DNA of 39,236 nt from Verrucomicrobiota bacterium (GTDB taxonomy: Bacteria; Verrucomicrobiota; Verrucomicrobiia; Verrucomicrobiales; DEV007). The translations under genes and the position numbers were made by a program. How positions within the stretch are numbered: the first letter of the stretch is position 1; every line of letters begins with the position of its first letter. A model generated the notes under the pieces. It had not been told where the DNA came from and searched no databases. It was given only the letters and a program-made list of their open reading frames with translations. Below, in pieces: positions 28,238 to 37,456 of this stretch. The stretch is from the NCBI GenBank assembly GCA_045046875.1, contig JASFYY010000069.1:1-39236 (forward strand). Direction: 5' to 3'.

Positions 28238-31200
28238 ATGCGAAACTCAACTTTTCTAACCCGATTGACAAGCGTCGTCATCCTGGTTCTTTTTTCTTCC
28301 TCCCCCCTGCACGCCGATTTTCAAAAAGGTTTTGACCAAGTCAAACCGATCCTGGAAAAATACTGCCACGACTGTCACGACAACGACAAACACAAAGGCG
28401 GGCTCAATTTTGAAAAATTCAAAGTTGAAAAGGATATCCTGGTTCATCTGCAACAATGGTTCAGCGTCATTGACCAGGTAGAGACCGGCGTGATGCCGCC
28501 GGAAAAGAAAAAGCTCAGACCGAGCGCCGAGGAAAAAATCAAACTGGTCTCCTGGGTCAGGAAAACGATCGATGAATTTGACTACGATTCCATCAAGGAT
28601 CCAGGCAAGTTCACTCTGCGCCGCTTGAACAAAGCCGAATACAACAACACCATCCGCGATCTCACCGGCATTGACCTCAAACCCGCACAGTATTTTTCCG
28701 GTGATGGCTCGGGTGGTGAGGGCTTTGATAACAATGCCGAAGGCATGACCATGCTGCCCTTGATGGTGGAAAAATACTTCAAAGCCGCGCGCGATATATC
28801 CCGTCATGCACAAGCGAGTTACGCTGATGGCATTCAATTCAGCCCGGAACTTTCTCCCACCCACACACCGCAAGCCTATCTGATATTAGTCGAACGCAAG
28901 CTGACTAATTTTTACAACGACTTCTTCGACAAACTACCGAAATACAGCTCACGAAAAGAATACAAGCCCTACCTCATGCCTGCGATGAAACTGGCATTGG
29001 CGAAACCCCAAGCCAGCGACCGGGAAATCTACGATGCCGCGATCAAAGAAAAACTGATGCCGGGTGTTTTTTACAAATGGTACATCGCCTTTGCCCACGC
29101 CGACGAAGACATCAAAAGCTCACGCTGGGACAGCCACTACGGCAAATGGGTGCTCGAACCCTGGTTAGCGCTACAGGCCAAAAGAGAGAGCTTTACAGCG
29201 GACGAGTTGAAACAAGTGCACCATGACTTTTCCGAAAAGGTCCGCCTTTCGATTCCCGCCACCGGCATGATGATCAAAACCAGCATGGAGGTGAAAACCA
29301 AGATCAAAGAAAACGCCAAAGTTTTGTATGTCAGCGTAGGCGACATGGGCGACGGCAATGAATTTGATCATATCGTCCTGCATCAACCACAGATAAAACT
29401 CAAAAACGGCAAAGTGGTGAACTTAGCCGATCTCGAACTGATCGAAAAACAGGGCGAAGGACAAATCCACAAAGAAAAATTTCCCGATGGCAAAACCTTT
29501 GTCAGCAGCGCTGCCAAGAAAATCGAACACGGTTATTACATCGAAGCCCCTGCCCTGTTATCCTTCAAACTACCGCAAGGAGCGAAATCTTTCACCGCCA
29601 CCATGGGCATGGAGAAATCCGCTCAAGGCAAAGGCTCGGTTCAGGCCTACGCTTCGGATGAAAAAATCCCTTTCCCGAAAGGGAAACACACTCATTCCTA
29701 TTTTTACAGTGGTCCGGGCCTGGTCTCCGTGGAAGCCGCTAAAAAATGGTGGGTCATCTATTCCTCGCTGGTGGGTTATGGCAAAGGCGCTGGCGCAAAA
29801 GAAATGGTCGACGTCTCACTCGATGAAAAAAATAAAAAGAAACTGGCTTCGATCCGCAGTGAAATCGAATTTGCCAAAAGGGAAGCGATCAAAAGCTTCT
29901 TCACTTTTGTCAGCAAAAAAGGATTCGCCAAACTTTTAAAAACCAAAAAAGGCGAGTTGCCGGCACTAGCCGACTTGGACCCGAAAGACCGCAATGCTCC
30001 TGCCAAGTTGTCCAAAGCCGATCAGAAAAAGTGGACCGAATTGAAAAACGCAGCCCAAAGTTTCCAGAAAAAAATCGACGATGACTTACATGCCAACTTA
30101 TTGGCCTTTGCCAGCAAGACCTTCCGTCGCCCGCTGAATAAAGAAGAAGCCCAAGTGGTCACCGCTATTTACCGAAAATCCATTTCGACAAAGGACGATT
30201 TTCAAAAAGCCGTTCAGTTGGTGATTCAAAGTTTATTGACCCAGCCACAATTCCTCTTCCGCTTCGAAGACGATCGCCCTGGCAAAAGTGCCCAACAAAT
30301 CGGCGATTTTGCCCTCGCCAACCGTTTGTCCTATTTCCTCTGGAGCTCCATGCCTGACGAAACCTTGATGCGCCACGCAGCGGAAGGTAAACTCCAGGAT
30401 GACAAGGTTCTCGAAACCCAGGTTCGGCGTATGCTCAAAGATCCCAAGTCCATTTCCCTGGCACAGGAGTTCGCTAGTCAATGGCTCGGCTTTCGCAAAA
30501 TCCTTGGTGAAAAAGAACCCGACCTGAAACTCTTCCCCACCTATACCAAAGAGCTCAAAGATAGCATGTATCAAGAAGCCATCCTGAGCTTTGACGAACT
30601 GGTAAAACAGGACAAAAGCGTTTTGCAGATCCTTGATTCAAAAAGCACCTACCTCAATGAAGCGCTCGCCAAACATTACGGAATCGCCGGAGTCACCGGC
30701 AAACAAATGCGCCAAGTTGATTTGAAAAACAATCAGCGCGGCGGATTCCTCAGCATGGGAAGCATGCTGGTAGCCACTTCATTCCCAGGCCGCACCAGCC
30801 CGGTCATTCGCGGCCAATGGGTTCTCGATGCCCTGATTGGAGGCAAGGTGCCGCCCGCGCCTGACGGATTGGTGATTGATAGAGCCAAGCTGAACAACGA
30901 ATCCCTTAGCATCAAAGAAAGACTGGCGGAACACCGTAACAATCCTAATTGCTCGGTCTGTCATGAACGCATGGATCCGCTCGGTTTTGCCCTGGAAAAT
31001 TTCGATGCGGTGGGTCGTTTCAGAAGCCAAGGGAAAAACGGCAAGCCCATCGACTCGGTCAGTGACTTAAACGGAGGACTGAAACTTGAGGGAATCGCAG
31101 GATTAAAACAGTATTTAAAAACCACCAAACAGGATGCCTTCTTGCATCAAATGGCGCAGAAAAACCTAGGTTTTGCCCTCGGGCGCAGCTTGCAGTATTA

Positions 31201-31339
31201 CGACGAAAGCGTGATCCGCGCTTCGGTTGCCAATTTGAAAAAAAATGACCTGCGCTTCTCAGCATTGGTCTTGACCATTGTCAAAAGCTACCCATTTCGC
31301 TACAAAAGAGAAAAAGGACACCTCACCGATGCAAACTAA
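28238..31339 (+). CDS. DUF1592-type protein (PSCyt1 + DUF1587 + NPCBM-like insert + DUF1595/1592/1588/1585)
   Basis: Signal peptide; CHDCH (28364-28378) and CSVCH (30950-30964); LRRLNKAEYNNTIRDL, RLSYFLWSSMPD, RTSPVIRGQWV, MDPLGFALENFDAVGRFR. Confidence 0.9.
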   Translation: MRNSTFLTRLTSVVILVLFSSSPLHADFQKGFDQVKPILEKYCHDCHDNDKHKGGLNFEKFKVEKDILVHLQQWFSVIDQVETGVMPPEKKKLRPSAEEKIKLVSWVRKTIDEFDYDSIKDPGKFTLRRLNKAEYNNTIRDLTGIDLKPAQYFSGDGSGGEGFDNNAEGMTMLPLMVEKYFKAARDISRHAQASYADGIQFSPELSPTHTPQAYLILVERKLTNFYNDFFDKLPKYSSRKEYKPYLMPAMKLALAKPQASDREIYDAAIKEKLMPGVFYKWYIAFAHADEDIKSSRWDSHYGKWVLEPWLALQAKRESFTADELKQVHHDFSEKVRLSIPATGMMIKTSMEVKTKIKENAKVLYVSVGDMGDGNEFDHIVLHQPQIKLKNGKVVNLADLELIEKQGEGQIHKEKFPDGKTFVSSAAKKIEHGYYIEAPALLSFKLPQGAKSFTATMGMEKSAQGKGSVQAYASDEKIPFPKGKHTHSYFYSGPGLVSVEAAKKWWVIYSSLVGYGKGAGAKEMVDVSLDEKNKKKLASIRSEIEFAKREAIKSFFTFVSKKGFAKLLKTKKGELPALADLDPKDRNAPAKLSKADQKKWTELKNAAQSFQKKIDDDLHANLLAFASKTFRRPLNKEEAQVVTAIYRKSISTKDDFQKAVQLVIQSLLTQPQFLFRFEDDRPGKSAQQIGDFALANRLSYFLWSSMPDETLMRHAAEGKLQDDKVLETQVRRMLKDPKSISLAQEFASQWLGFRKILGEKEPDLKLFPTYTKELKDSMYQEAILSFDELVKQDKSVLQILDSKSTYLNEALAKHYGIAGVTGKQMRQVDLKNNQRGGFLSMGSMLVATSFPGRTSPVIRGQWVLDALIGGKVPPAPDGLVIDRAKLNNESLSIKERLAEHRNNPNCSVCHERMDPLGFALENFDAVGRFRSQGKNGKPIDSVSDLNGGLKLEGIAGLKQYLKTTKQDAFLHQMAQKNLGFALGRSLQYYDESVIRASVANLKKNDLRFSALVLTIVKSYPFRYKREKGHLTDAN

Positions 31340-32666
31340 CCTACGCAACTGGACGCTCAATCGCAGAACCGTGCTCAAAGGCCTGGGCGGCGTCACCCTT
31401 GGCCTGCCTTGGATGGAAACCATGCTGTGGAGCGCAGACAAAAAAACCATCGCCAAAAACCCTTTACGCCTGGGGGTGATCTATCAACCCAACGGCATCA
31501 ATCCCTATGAATGGACACCACAGGGAACCGGGGCAGACTACAAAACCTCCAAAACCCTGAGGCCTCTCGAAGCGATCCGCAGTGAAGTTTTGGTATTGAG
31601 CAACCTCAATCACGATCTGAAAAAAGGTCGCGACCGGCCCACCAGTGGTCACTACGGCGGCACCTCGAATTTCCTCGTCGGCAACGGTGTCAAACGCAGC
31701 ATGGGCAGCGACATTCAGTGTGGCGTCTCCGTCGATCAGATGGCCGCCCTGCACATGGCTGACCAGACCTTGTTGCCTTCCCTGGAGCTCTCAACCGAAG
31801 CCGAATGGACCGGCGTCGATTCGGGAGAGCGCATCACCCAGCTTTACGGCAATTCCATTTCCTGGCTGACTCCCAGCACCCCGCTCGCCCGTGAGCGTTA
31901 TCCGCGCCTCGCTTTTGACCGCCTGTTTGGCAAGACCAGCGGCCTGGGCGATACCCGTAGTGTGATCGACCTGACTCTCGACAGCATCAACGGTCTGATG
32001 AAAAAAGTGAACCAGGACGACCGCCATCGCCTGGATGAATACCTGACCTCGGTACGCAGCCTGGAGAAAAAACTCGAGTTCAACGAAAAAAATCAACGCC
32101 CCGTTCCTGCCTCCTTGTTGAAAGGGCGCATTCCCGAACCTGGCAAAGCCAAGTCGCATGACGAACACCTCAGCCGCATGATCGATATCATGACACTGGC
32201 TTTCCAAACCGACCGCACCCGCGTCGCCACCTTCATGATGGGGCGCAGCTCCAGCGGCATCGACTTTTCCTTTGTCGATAAAAAATGCGGTGGCCTGCAC
32301 GGCATGGCACACCACGCCGAGATCAAGGAAAAGCTCGATGGTTACCAGATCGCCAATGAATACACGGTGAAAAAGTATGTTGAGTTCCTACAGAAACTTC
32401 ACTCGATCAAAGAAGGCGACAAGTCGATCCTCGACAACTCGATGATCCTTTACGGCAACAACATGCGTGACGGCAACTCACACACCTCGGCAAACCTGCC
32501 CATCCTACTGGCCGGTCGCGCCGGTGGTCAGATCAATCCCGGGCGCCACATCGAATATTCTGAAAACACCCGTCTGTGTAATTTATACCTGACTATGCTG
32601 AAAAACTTCGGCCTCAACATTGATCAATTCAACGAAAGCACCGGCATACTTCCCGAGTTAGGATGA
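31329..32666 (+). CDS. DUF1552 family protein with twin-arginine-like leader
   Basis: LNRRTVLKGLGGVTLGLPWME, YQPNG, SVDQMAA, LPSLEL, LAFQTDRTRV, NLPILLAG. ATG 31329 overlaps the upstream gene end. Confidence 0.9.
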   Translation: MQTNLRNWTLNRRTVLKGLGGVTLGLPWMETMLWSADKKTIAKNPLRLGVIYQPNGINPYEWTPQGTGADYKTSKTLRPLEAIRSEVLVLSNLNHDLKKGRDRPTSGHYGGTSNFLVGNGVKRSMGSDIQCGVSVDQMAALHMADQTLLPSLELSTEAEWTGVDSGERITQLYGNSISWLTPSTPLARERYPRLAFDRLFGKTSGLGDTRSVIDLTLDSINGLMKKVNQDDRHRLDEYLTSVRSLEKKLEFNEKNQRPVPASLLKGRIPEPGKAKSHDEHLSRMIDIMTLAFQTDRTRVATFMMGRSSSGIDFSFVDKKCGGLHGMAHHAEIKEKLDGYQIANEYTVKKYVEFLQKLHSIKEGDKSILDNSMILYGNNMRDGNSHTSANLPILLAGRAGGQINPGRHIEYSENTRLCNLYLTMLKNFGLNIDQFNESTGILPELG

Positions 32667-32676
32667 TCAAGCACAA

Positions 32677-32699
32677 GGCAGGCGAAGCGCCCACCCTAC
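32677..32699 (-). repeat. GTAG-type REP-like palindrome
   Basis: Minus strand GTAG-GGTGGGCG-CTT-CGCCTGCC, 10 nt after the DUF1552 stop; related unit at 37434-37456. Confidence 0.6.
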
Positions 32700-32892
32700 C
32701 ACGTAAAACAAATTTCCATATTTGTTCTCCCAACGCTCCCACCCCAAACAAAAACGGTGCCGAAGCGCAACGCAGACCACCGGAGGCAATTCTATCCTAG
32801 CCTCCAACTCTTCTATATTTCCCCTTAGGGTCTTCGTGTGAGCCATTAACGAAGACCCATTCATTTCAAAAGCTAGCTTAGGCGCAGCTACT

Positions 32893-33090
32893 CTAAAACG
32901 GGATCGAATCATCGCCGGGGAACAGTCCTATGTCACCCAACGGATCCTGAAACACTTCCAGCGAAAGACTTAAATTCTTTACCGCTTTGCTATACATCAG
33001 TTTCTCTTTAGCCGTTTTTGCCTTTTCCATTGCTTTTAACGTAGCCATGATTTCTTCAGACAAACGGTTCATTATTTTTTCTGCATCCAT
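32893..33090 (-). CDS. Small helical hypothetical protein (65 aa) ending in SSB-tail-like GDDSIPF
   Basis: ATG 33090 preceded by AAGGAG SD (AAGGAG-AAAATA-ATG) and by an extended -10 TGTTATAAT. Confidence 0.75.
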   Translation of the reverse strand: MDAEKIMNRLSEEIMATLKAMEKAKTAKEKLMYSKAVKNLSLSLEVFQDPLGDIGLFPGDDSIPF

Positions 33091-33117
33091 TATTTTCTCC
33101 TTCACTAGCTTTGTATT

Positions 33118-33126
33118 ATTATAACA
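33118..33126 (-). promoter_or_regulatory. Consensus extended -10 promoter (TG-T-TATAAT) for the 65-aa gene
   Basis: Minus strand TGTTATAAT, 27 nt upstream of the ATG at 33090. Confidence 0.55.
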
Positions 33127-33135
33127 TCACCCCAT

Positions 33136-33462
33136 TCAATGGCAGCCCCCACAGCCGCCTGATTTGCTTTGCACCACTTGCTCCCGCGTTTTTGCCAGTT
33201 TCACCAAAACAGCCAACAAACCAGAGCTTAACAAGACCACTCCCACTAACATCAAAACTTGCCAAAAAGACACCGAACCGCCCAACCCATCCATCGCCTT
33301 AGTCAACGGCTCTTTAATCTCCTCCATTCCCCCGGCCGTTGCGAGAACCTCTTTAAACTCAGTGGTGACCCGCCCTATTCGAAACGACTCACCCAAGCCC
33401 CCAACGACCGAACAGCCGAGCCCTATCAATATCAATCGGATGGAAAGCGGTTGGCGACTCAT
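33136..33462 (-). CDS. Small two-TM hypothetical membrane protein with C-terminal GGCGGCH
   Basis: ATG 33462 (MSRQPL), two hydrophobic helices, Cys/His tail; same strand as the flanking genes. Confidence 0.6.
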   Translation of the reverse strand: MSRQPLSIRLILIGLGCSVVGGLGESFRIGRVTTEFKEVLATAGGMEEIKEPLTKAMDGLGGSVSFWQVLMLVGVVLLSSGLLAVLVKLAKTREQVVQSKSGGCGGCH

Positions 33463-33555
33463 TTTTTGAAAAAAATAATTATTAAACACAACAAAATGGC
33501 AAACTGGATTTTTTACTCATTCGGCGGAAGCTGGGCGACATTTTAATGGCAGGTT

Positions 33556-34251
33556 TTATTTAGCCGGTTGGTCCAGCAGAGTAACTTTGCCCGTTTTCAA
33601 ATCATACACCGCTCCAACGATTTTGATTTCCCCTTTCTTTTCGAGCTTGGCTAAAATGGCACTTCTATTTCGAATATCAGTCACAGCCAGGCGAACATTT
33701 TTTTCAATCACTTTAGCTAGAAACTTCTTATTGGCTGAAGTTCGCTGGTCGGGATCAACGCCTTTGACAGCTTCAACCGCAGGTGAAATTTTAGCTAACA
33801 ATTGAGTGAGATTGCCCATTTCTGCTCCATCACAGGCACCGGCGACGGCTCCGCAATTTGTATGACCAAGAACCATTACAACCATGGCTCCAGCCAATTT
33901 GGTGGCAAACTCCATCGATCCGAGCAAATCCTTGTTCACAACATTCCCCGCAACACGGCCGACAAAGATATCTCCTATCCCCTGATCAAACACAAGTTCA
34001 ACCGGCACTCGGGAATCAAGGCAGGACAGAATCACAGCTTTGGGATATTGCCCTGCAGCAGATGCGGCAATGCGAGCATTGATTTTAGGAGCATTTCCTT
34101 GATCATTCACAAATCGAGAATTCCCTTCCACCATTCGGGTAAGAACCTTACTTGGAGTTAAGTCATCCTGCCGCTGTTGGCTTACCTGCGCTTGTGCTGT
34201 CGAGCAGCCTACCAAAACAGCAATGATAGGTATTAATTTAGTTAATTTCAT
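33556..34251 (-). CDS. Beta-class carbonic anhydrase with N-terminal signal peptide
   Basis: Zn ligands CLDSR and HTNC, FDQGIGDIFVGRVAGN, GSMEFA, GAVYDLKTGKV; leader MKLTKLIPIIAVLVGCSTAQA. Confidence 0.93.
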   Translation of the reverse strand: MKLTKLIPIIAVLVGCSTAQAQVSQQRQDDLTPSKVLTRMVEGNSRFVNDQGNAPKINARIAASAAGQYPKAVILSCLDSRVPVELVFDQGIGDIFVGRVAGNVVNKDLLGSMEFATKLAGAMVVMVLGHTNCGAVAGACDGAEMGNLTQLLAKISPAVEAVKGVDPDQRTSANKKFLAKVIEKNVRLAVTDIRNRSAILAKLEKKGEIKIVGAVYDLKTGKVTLLDQPAK

Positions 34252-34586
34252 TATAGTTGAATATTATAGTTGAGTTCGAGTATAAGGGTCTTTTGACATT
34301 CCTGATTGACCAGAATTCGGATAAAATTTCGATAATAAAAAGATGCAAAACTTCCTATCCTAATCACAGCAGAATGAAATAGATTTACAGTCTTGTATAG
34401 AACAAATGTTCGTCTGACAAGCAAATAAGCAGAGTGCTTCCCTTGTATTCCCTGCTGCATTCCGCACTTGATGGGCCGTCTTTGTCGATTAAAACAAAAC
34501 GCAAAAGTTTGCTGCGCAGTCAACAACGACCGCTGAACCTGAATCTTATTTATTTTGCGCTTGAATAGCTGGATCTATCGAAAATA

Positions 34587-34611
34587 CCAGACACCGCAAA
34601 ACGGTGTCTGG
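34587..34611. terminator. Perfect 10-bp stem-loop; terminator-like on the minus strand
   Basis: CCAGACACCG-CAAAA-CGGTGTCTGG; on the minus strand followed by TATTTT. Confidence 0.4.
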
Positions 34612-34676
34612 AGGAAACGCCGCAAAATGCTTCAACTCACATTCCCTGCCCTTGCCCGCCCCTCATTCCACAAAAA

Positions 34677-34705
34677 TCGAACAAGTTATCTAAAAAACGG
34701 TCAAA
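34677..34705 (+). promoter_or_regulatory. Putative ECF-sigma promoter of PSD1 operon 2
   Basis: TCGAACAA-N13-CGGTCAAA (GAAC 34679-82, GTC 34700-02), same spacing as 24012-24040. Confidence 0.6.
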
Positions 34706-34761
34706 AACACCTGCTGCCCCAGCCCATTACCCCCTGCCAAGTCTCAACCGAGTGCCTGCCC

Positions 34762-37425
34762 ATGAGATTCCCCCTTTTAAATCCCCCTGCTTTTTGTTTG
34801 CTGACAACAGTTTGCTTTGCCCTCGGCCTCACTCCGTCACACGCTGAGAAACTCACTTTTGAGCAGCACATCCGCCCCATCCTCAAAGCCAACTGCTTCC
34901 AATGCCATGGCGAGGACAAAGAACTGAAAGGCGATCTCGACCTGCGACTGCGCAAGGCCATCGTCAAAGGCGGAAAAAATGGCCCCACTCTGATCCCCGG
35001 GGATCACAAAAAAAGCCCGCTCTACACGCTCACCCAAAAAGGCGAAATGCCTCCCGAAGAGCATCCCGCTCTCAAGCCGATAGAAGTCGAACTCATCGCC
35101 CGCTGGATTGATCAAAACGCACCGACTGCCTACCCCGAGCCCGATCAAATCCCGGCAGCCGGAGAACTGATCATCACTGGAGATGAGCGCGCCCACTGGT
35201 CCTTTCAGCCCATCAAAAAACCCGCTCTGCCCCAAGTCAAAACATCAGCAGGTAGCAATCCCATCGACCTCTTCATCGCCCGCAAACTCGCTGAAAAGAA
35301 CCTCAGCCCTTCCCTCAAAACCTCGCGTATCAAATTAATCCGTCGCGCTACTTTTGATCTCACCGGCCTGCCACCCACCCATAGTGAAATCGAAAATTTT
35401 CTCCAAGATCAATCCCCCGACGCCTGGCAGCGGGTGGTCGATCGCCTGCTCGCCTCACCTCGCTACGGGGAACGCTGGGGGCGTCACTGGTTAGACGCCG
35501 CGGGTTACTCGGATTCCGAAGGTTACAATGACAAAGACGTGCTGCGCACCGATGCCTGGCATTACCGGGATTATGTCATCCGCGCTTTCAACAACGACAA
35601 AGCTTTTGACCAGTTTGTCATCGAACAAATCGCCGGTGACGAACTGGTAAACGCCACCCTTGCCAATGCACAAGGGCTCGCCAACAAGGATCCAGAAGCA
35701 TTGGAAAAACTCACCGCCACCGCCTTCCTGCGCATGGGACCTGACGGCACCGCTTCCGCTCCTGGCGCTGAGCAGGCCAAGGCCGCCAATCAAAACGTCA
35801 CCGAAACCCTCAAGATTGTTTCTTCCTCCCTGCTCGGTCTGACCGTCGCCTGCGCGGAATGCCATCACCACCGCTTCGACCCCATTCCACAGGAGGACTT
35901 CTACCGCCTGCGCGCTGTTTTTGCCCCGGCTCTTGATACCAGTCACTGGCGCAAACCCGCCAACAGCCGCCTGGCTCTGTTATCCGAAGCTGACAAAAAA
36001 TGCTCGGATACCATCGAGGCTGAAGCCAAAAAAATCGATGTTTTCACCAAGGCCAAAGCAAAAGAAGTCGCGGCGACTATCTTCGAGCGAGTGATCGGTC
36101 GCTTGCCTGAAAAACACCGCAAGTTTGCCCGCGAAACCTACAACACACCAAAAGACCAACGCACTCCTGAACAGGTAAAATTTATCACCGAAAAATACAC
36201 CGTGATCAACGTGCCTACCACGTTTGGCAGCATCGGCAGTGGCTTGGGACTTTATATCAATGTCGAAAAAGACGCCAAGGAATTGGAAAAAAGCATCAAG
36301 CTGTATCAGGACGCCGCCGCTGGATTGCGAAAAACCAAACCGCTGCCCGAATACATCCGGGTGACTCTGGAAAACACCGCCAATAAAGCTCCGGCCACCA
36401 AGGTTTTTTATCGCGGCGACCACACTTCTCCCAAAAAGGAAACCATGCTACCAGCAGATTTCACCGTGCTTTCCGCTAGCAACAGCACGCCCTTCCCCGA
36501 CAACAACAAGGATCTGCCCACCAGCGGTCGCCGTCTGGCTTACGCCCAACATCTCACCAACGGCAAACACCCGCTCACTGCCCGGGTGCTGGTCAACCGT
36601 TTCTGGATGCACCACTTTGGTCGTGGCATCGTCAACACCCCGGGCGATTTTGGAGTCCGTGGCAGCGCCCCCTCCCACCCCGAACTGCTCGACTGGCTCG
36701 CCGCCGACTTCATGGAAAACGGCTGGCAGCTGAAACGTTTTCACAAATTGCTGATGACCTCCTCTACCTACCAGCAGGACTCCGTCCGTCGGCCCGACCA
36801 CGATCTGGTCGATGCCGACAACGCTCTGCTGTGGCGAATGCCAGTGCAAAGACTTGAAGCCGAAACCATTCGCGACAGCATTCTTGCGGTGACCGGAAAG
36901 CTCAATACCACCCCCTTTGGCAAACCTGTTCCGGTGGTGCTCAGCAAGGTCGGAGCTTTAGTGATCGGTGGAGGGAAAATTTCAGCCGATCAGCGGGAGT
37001 ATAAACGCTCGGTTTACGTGCAAACCCGGCGCTCGCAACAAGCCTCCATCCTCGACGTTTTTGATGCTCCGCAGATGGCACCCAATTGTGAACTGCGAAC
37101 CTCTTCAACCGTCACCCCGCAATCCCTCGCCCTGATGAACAGCGATTTTGTGCTCAAACAAGCCGCCCTCTTCGCCGACCGCGTGATTGCTGAAAGCGGG
37201 GCTAGTGCCAACTCCGCTGACCGCATCCGCCACGCCTGGCAGCTCTCCACTGGTGAGCTACTAAACGCTGCCGAGTTCAGCGAACTCAAGCGACTTTTCG
37301 ACGTACAGAAAAATTTATTGAACACCGCAAAAAAAACAAAAGACCAGGCGTCCGCCGACAAAAAAGCACTCACCACTCTCTGTCAGGTGTTATTCCAAAC
37401 CAACCGCTTCTTATACGTTTATTAA
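34762..37425 (+). CDS. PSCyt1 + DUF1549 + DUF1553 (PSD1) protein, copy 2
   Basis: Start moved to ATG 34762 (MRFPLL, signal peptide ending SHA); CFQCH (34894-34908), CAECH (35851-35865); colinear paralog of 24076-26766. Confidence 0.92.
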   Translation: MRFPLLNPPAFCLLTTVCFALGLTPSHAEKLTFEQHIRPILKANCFQCHGEDKELKGDLDLRLRKAIVKGGKNGPTLIPGDHKKSPLYTLTQKGEMPPEEHPALKPIEVELIARWIDQNAPTAYPEPDQIPAAGELIITGDERAHWSFQPIKKPALPQVKTSAGSNPIDLFIARKLAEKNLSPSLKTSRIKLIRRATFDLTGLPPTHSEIENFLQDQSPDAWQRVVDRLLASPRYGERWGRHWLDAAGYSDSEGYNDKDVLRTDAWHYRDYVIRAFNNDKAFDQFVIEQIAGDELVNATLANAQGLANKDPEALEKLTATAFLRMGPDGTASAPGAEQAKAANQNVTETLKIVSSSLLGLTVACAECHHHRFDPIPQEDFYRLRAVFAPALDTSHWRKPANSRLALLSEADKKCSDTIEAEAKKIDVFTKAKAKEVAATIFERVIGRLPEKHRKFARETYNTPKDQRTPEQVKFITEKYTVINVPTTFGSIGSGLGLYINVEKDAKELEKSIKLYQDAAAGLRKTKPLPEYIRVTLENTANKAPATKVFYRGDHTSPKKETMLPADFTVLSASNSTPFPDNNKDLPTSGRRLAYAQHLTNGKHPLTARVLVNRFWMHHFGRGIVNTPGDFGVRGSAPSHPELLDWLAADFMENGWQLKRFHKLLMTSSTYQQDSVRRPDHDLVDADNALLWRMPVQRLEAETIRDSILAVTGKLNTTPFGKPVPVVLSKVGALVIGGGKISADQREYKRSVYVQTRRSQQASILDVFDAPQMAPNCELRTSSTVTPQSLALMNSDFVLKQAALFADRVIAESGASANSADRIRHAWQLSTGELLNAAEFSELKRLFDVQKNLLNTAKKTKDQASADKKALTTLCQVLFQTNRFLYVY

Positions 37426-37433
37426 CCGCACTT

Positions 37434-37456
37434 GTAGGGCGATCGCTGCGCTTGCC
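37434..37456 (+). repeat. GTAG-type REP-like palindrome
   Basis: GTAG-GGCGATCG-CTG-CGCTTGCC, 8 nt after the PSD1 copy 2 stop; same length and layout as 32677-32699. Confidence 0.55.

Noticed and set aside
32667..32912. 81-aa minus-strand ORF downstream of the DDSIPF gene
   Set aside because: Overlaps that gene and a REP-like unit, has no SD and no recognisable similarity.
34400..34411. GAACAAATGTTC, a Gram-positive-type LexA (GAAC-N4-GTTC) box
   Set aside because: The LexA motif reported for Verrucomicrobia is the inverse arrangement (TGTTC-N4-GAACA), no SOS gene is adjacent, and one 8-bp match can be chance.
34251..34526. 91-aa minus-strand ORF upstream of carbonic anhydrase, and the 34555-34761 extension of PSD1 copy 2
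   Set aside because: TTG starts and atypical composition; the PSD1 extension precedes the signal peptide and spans the conserved promoter motif.
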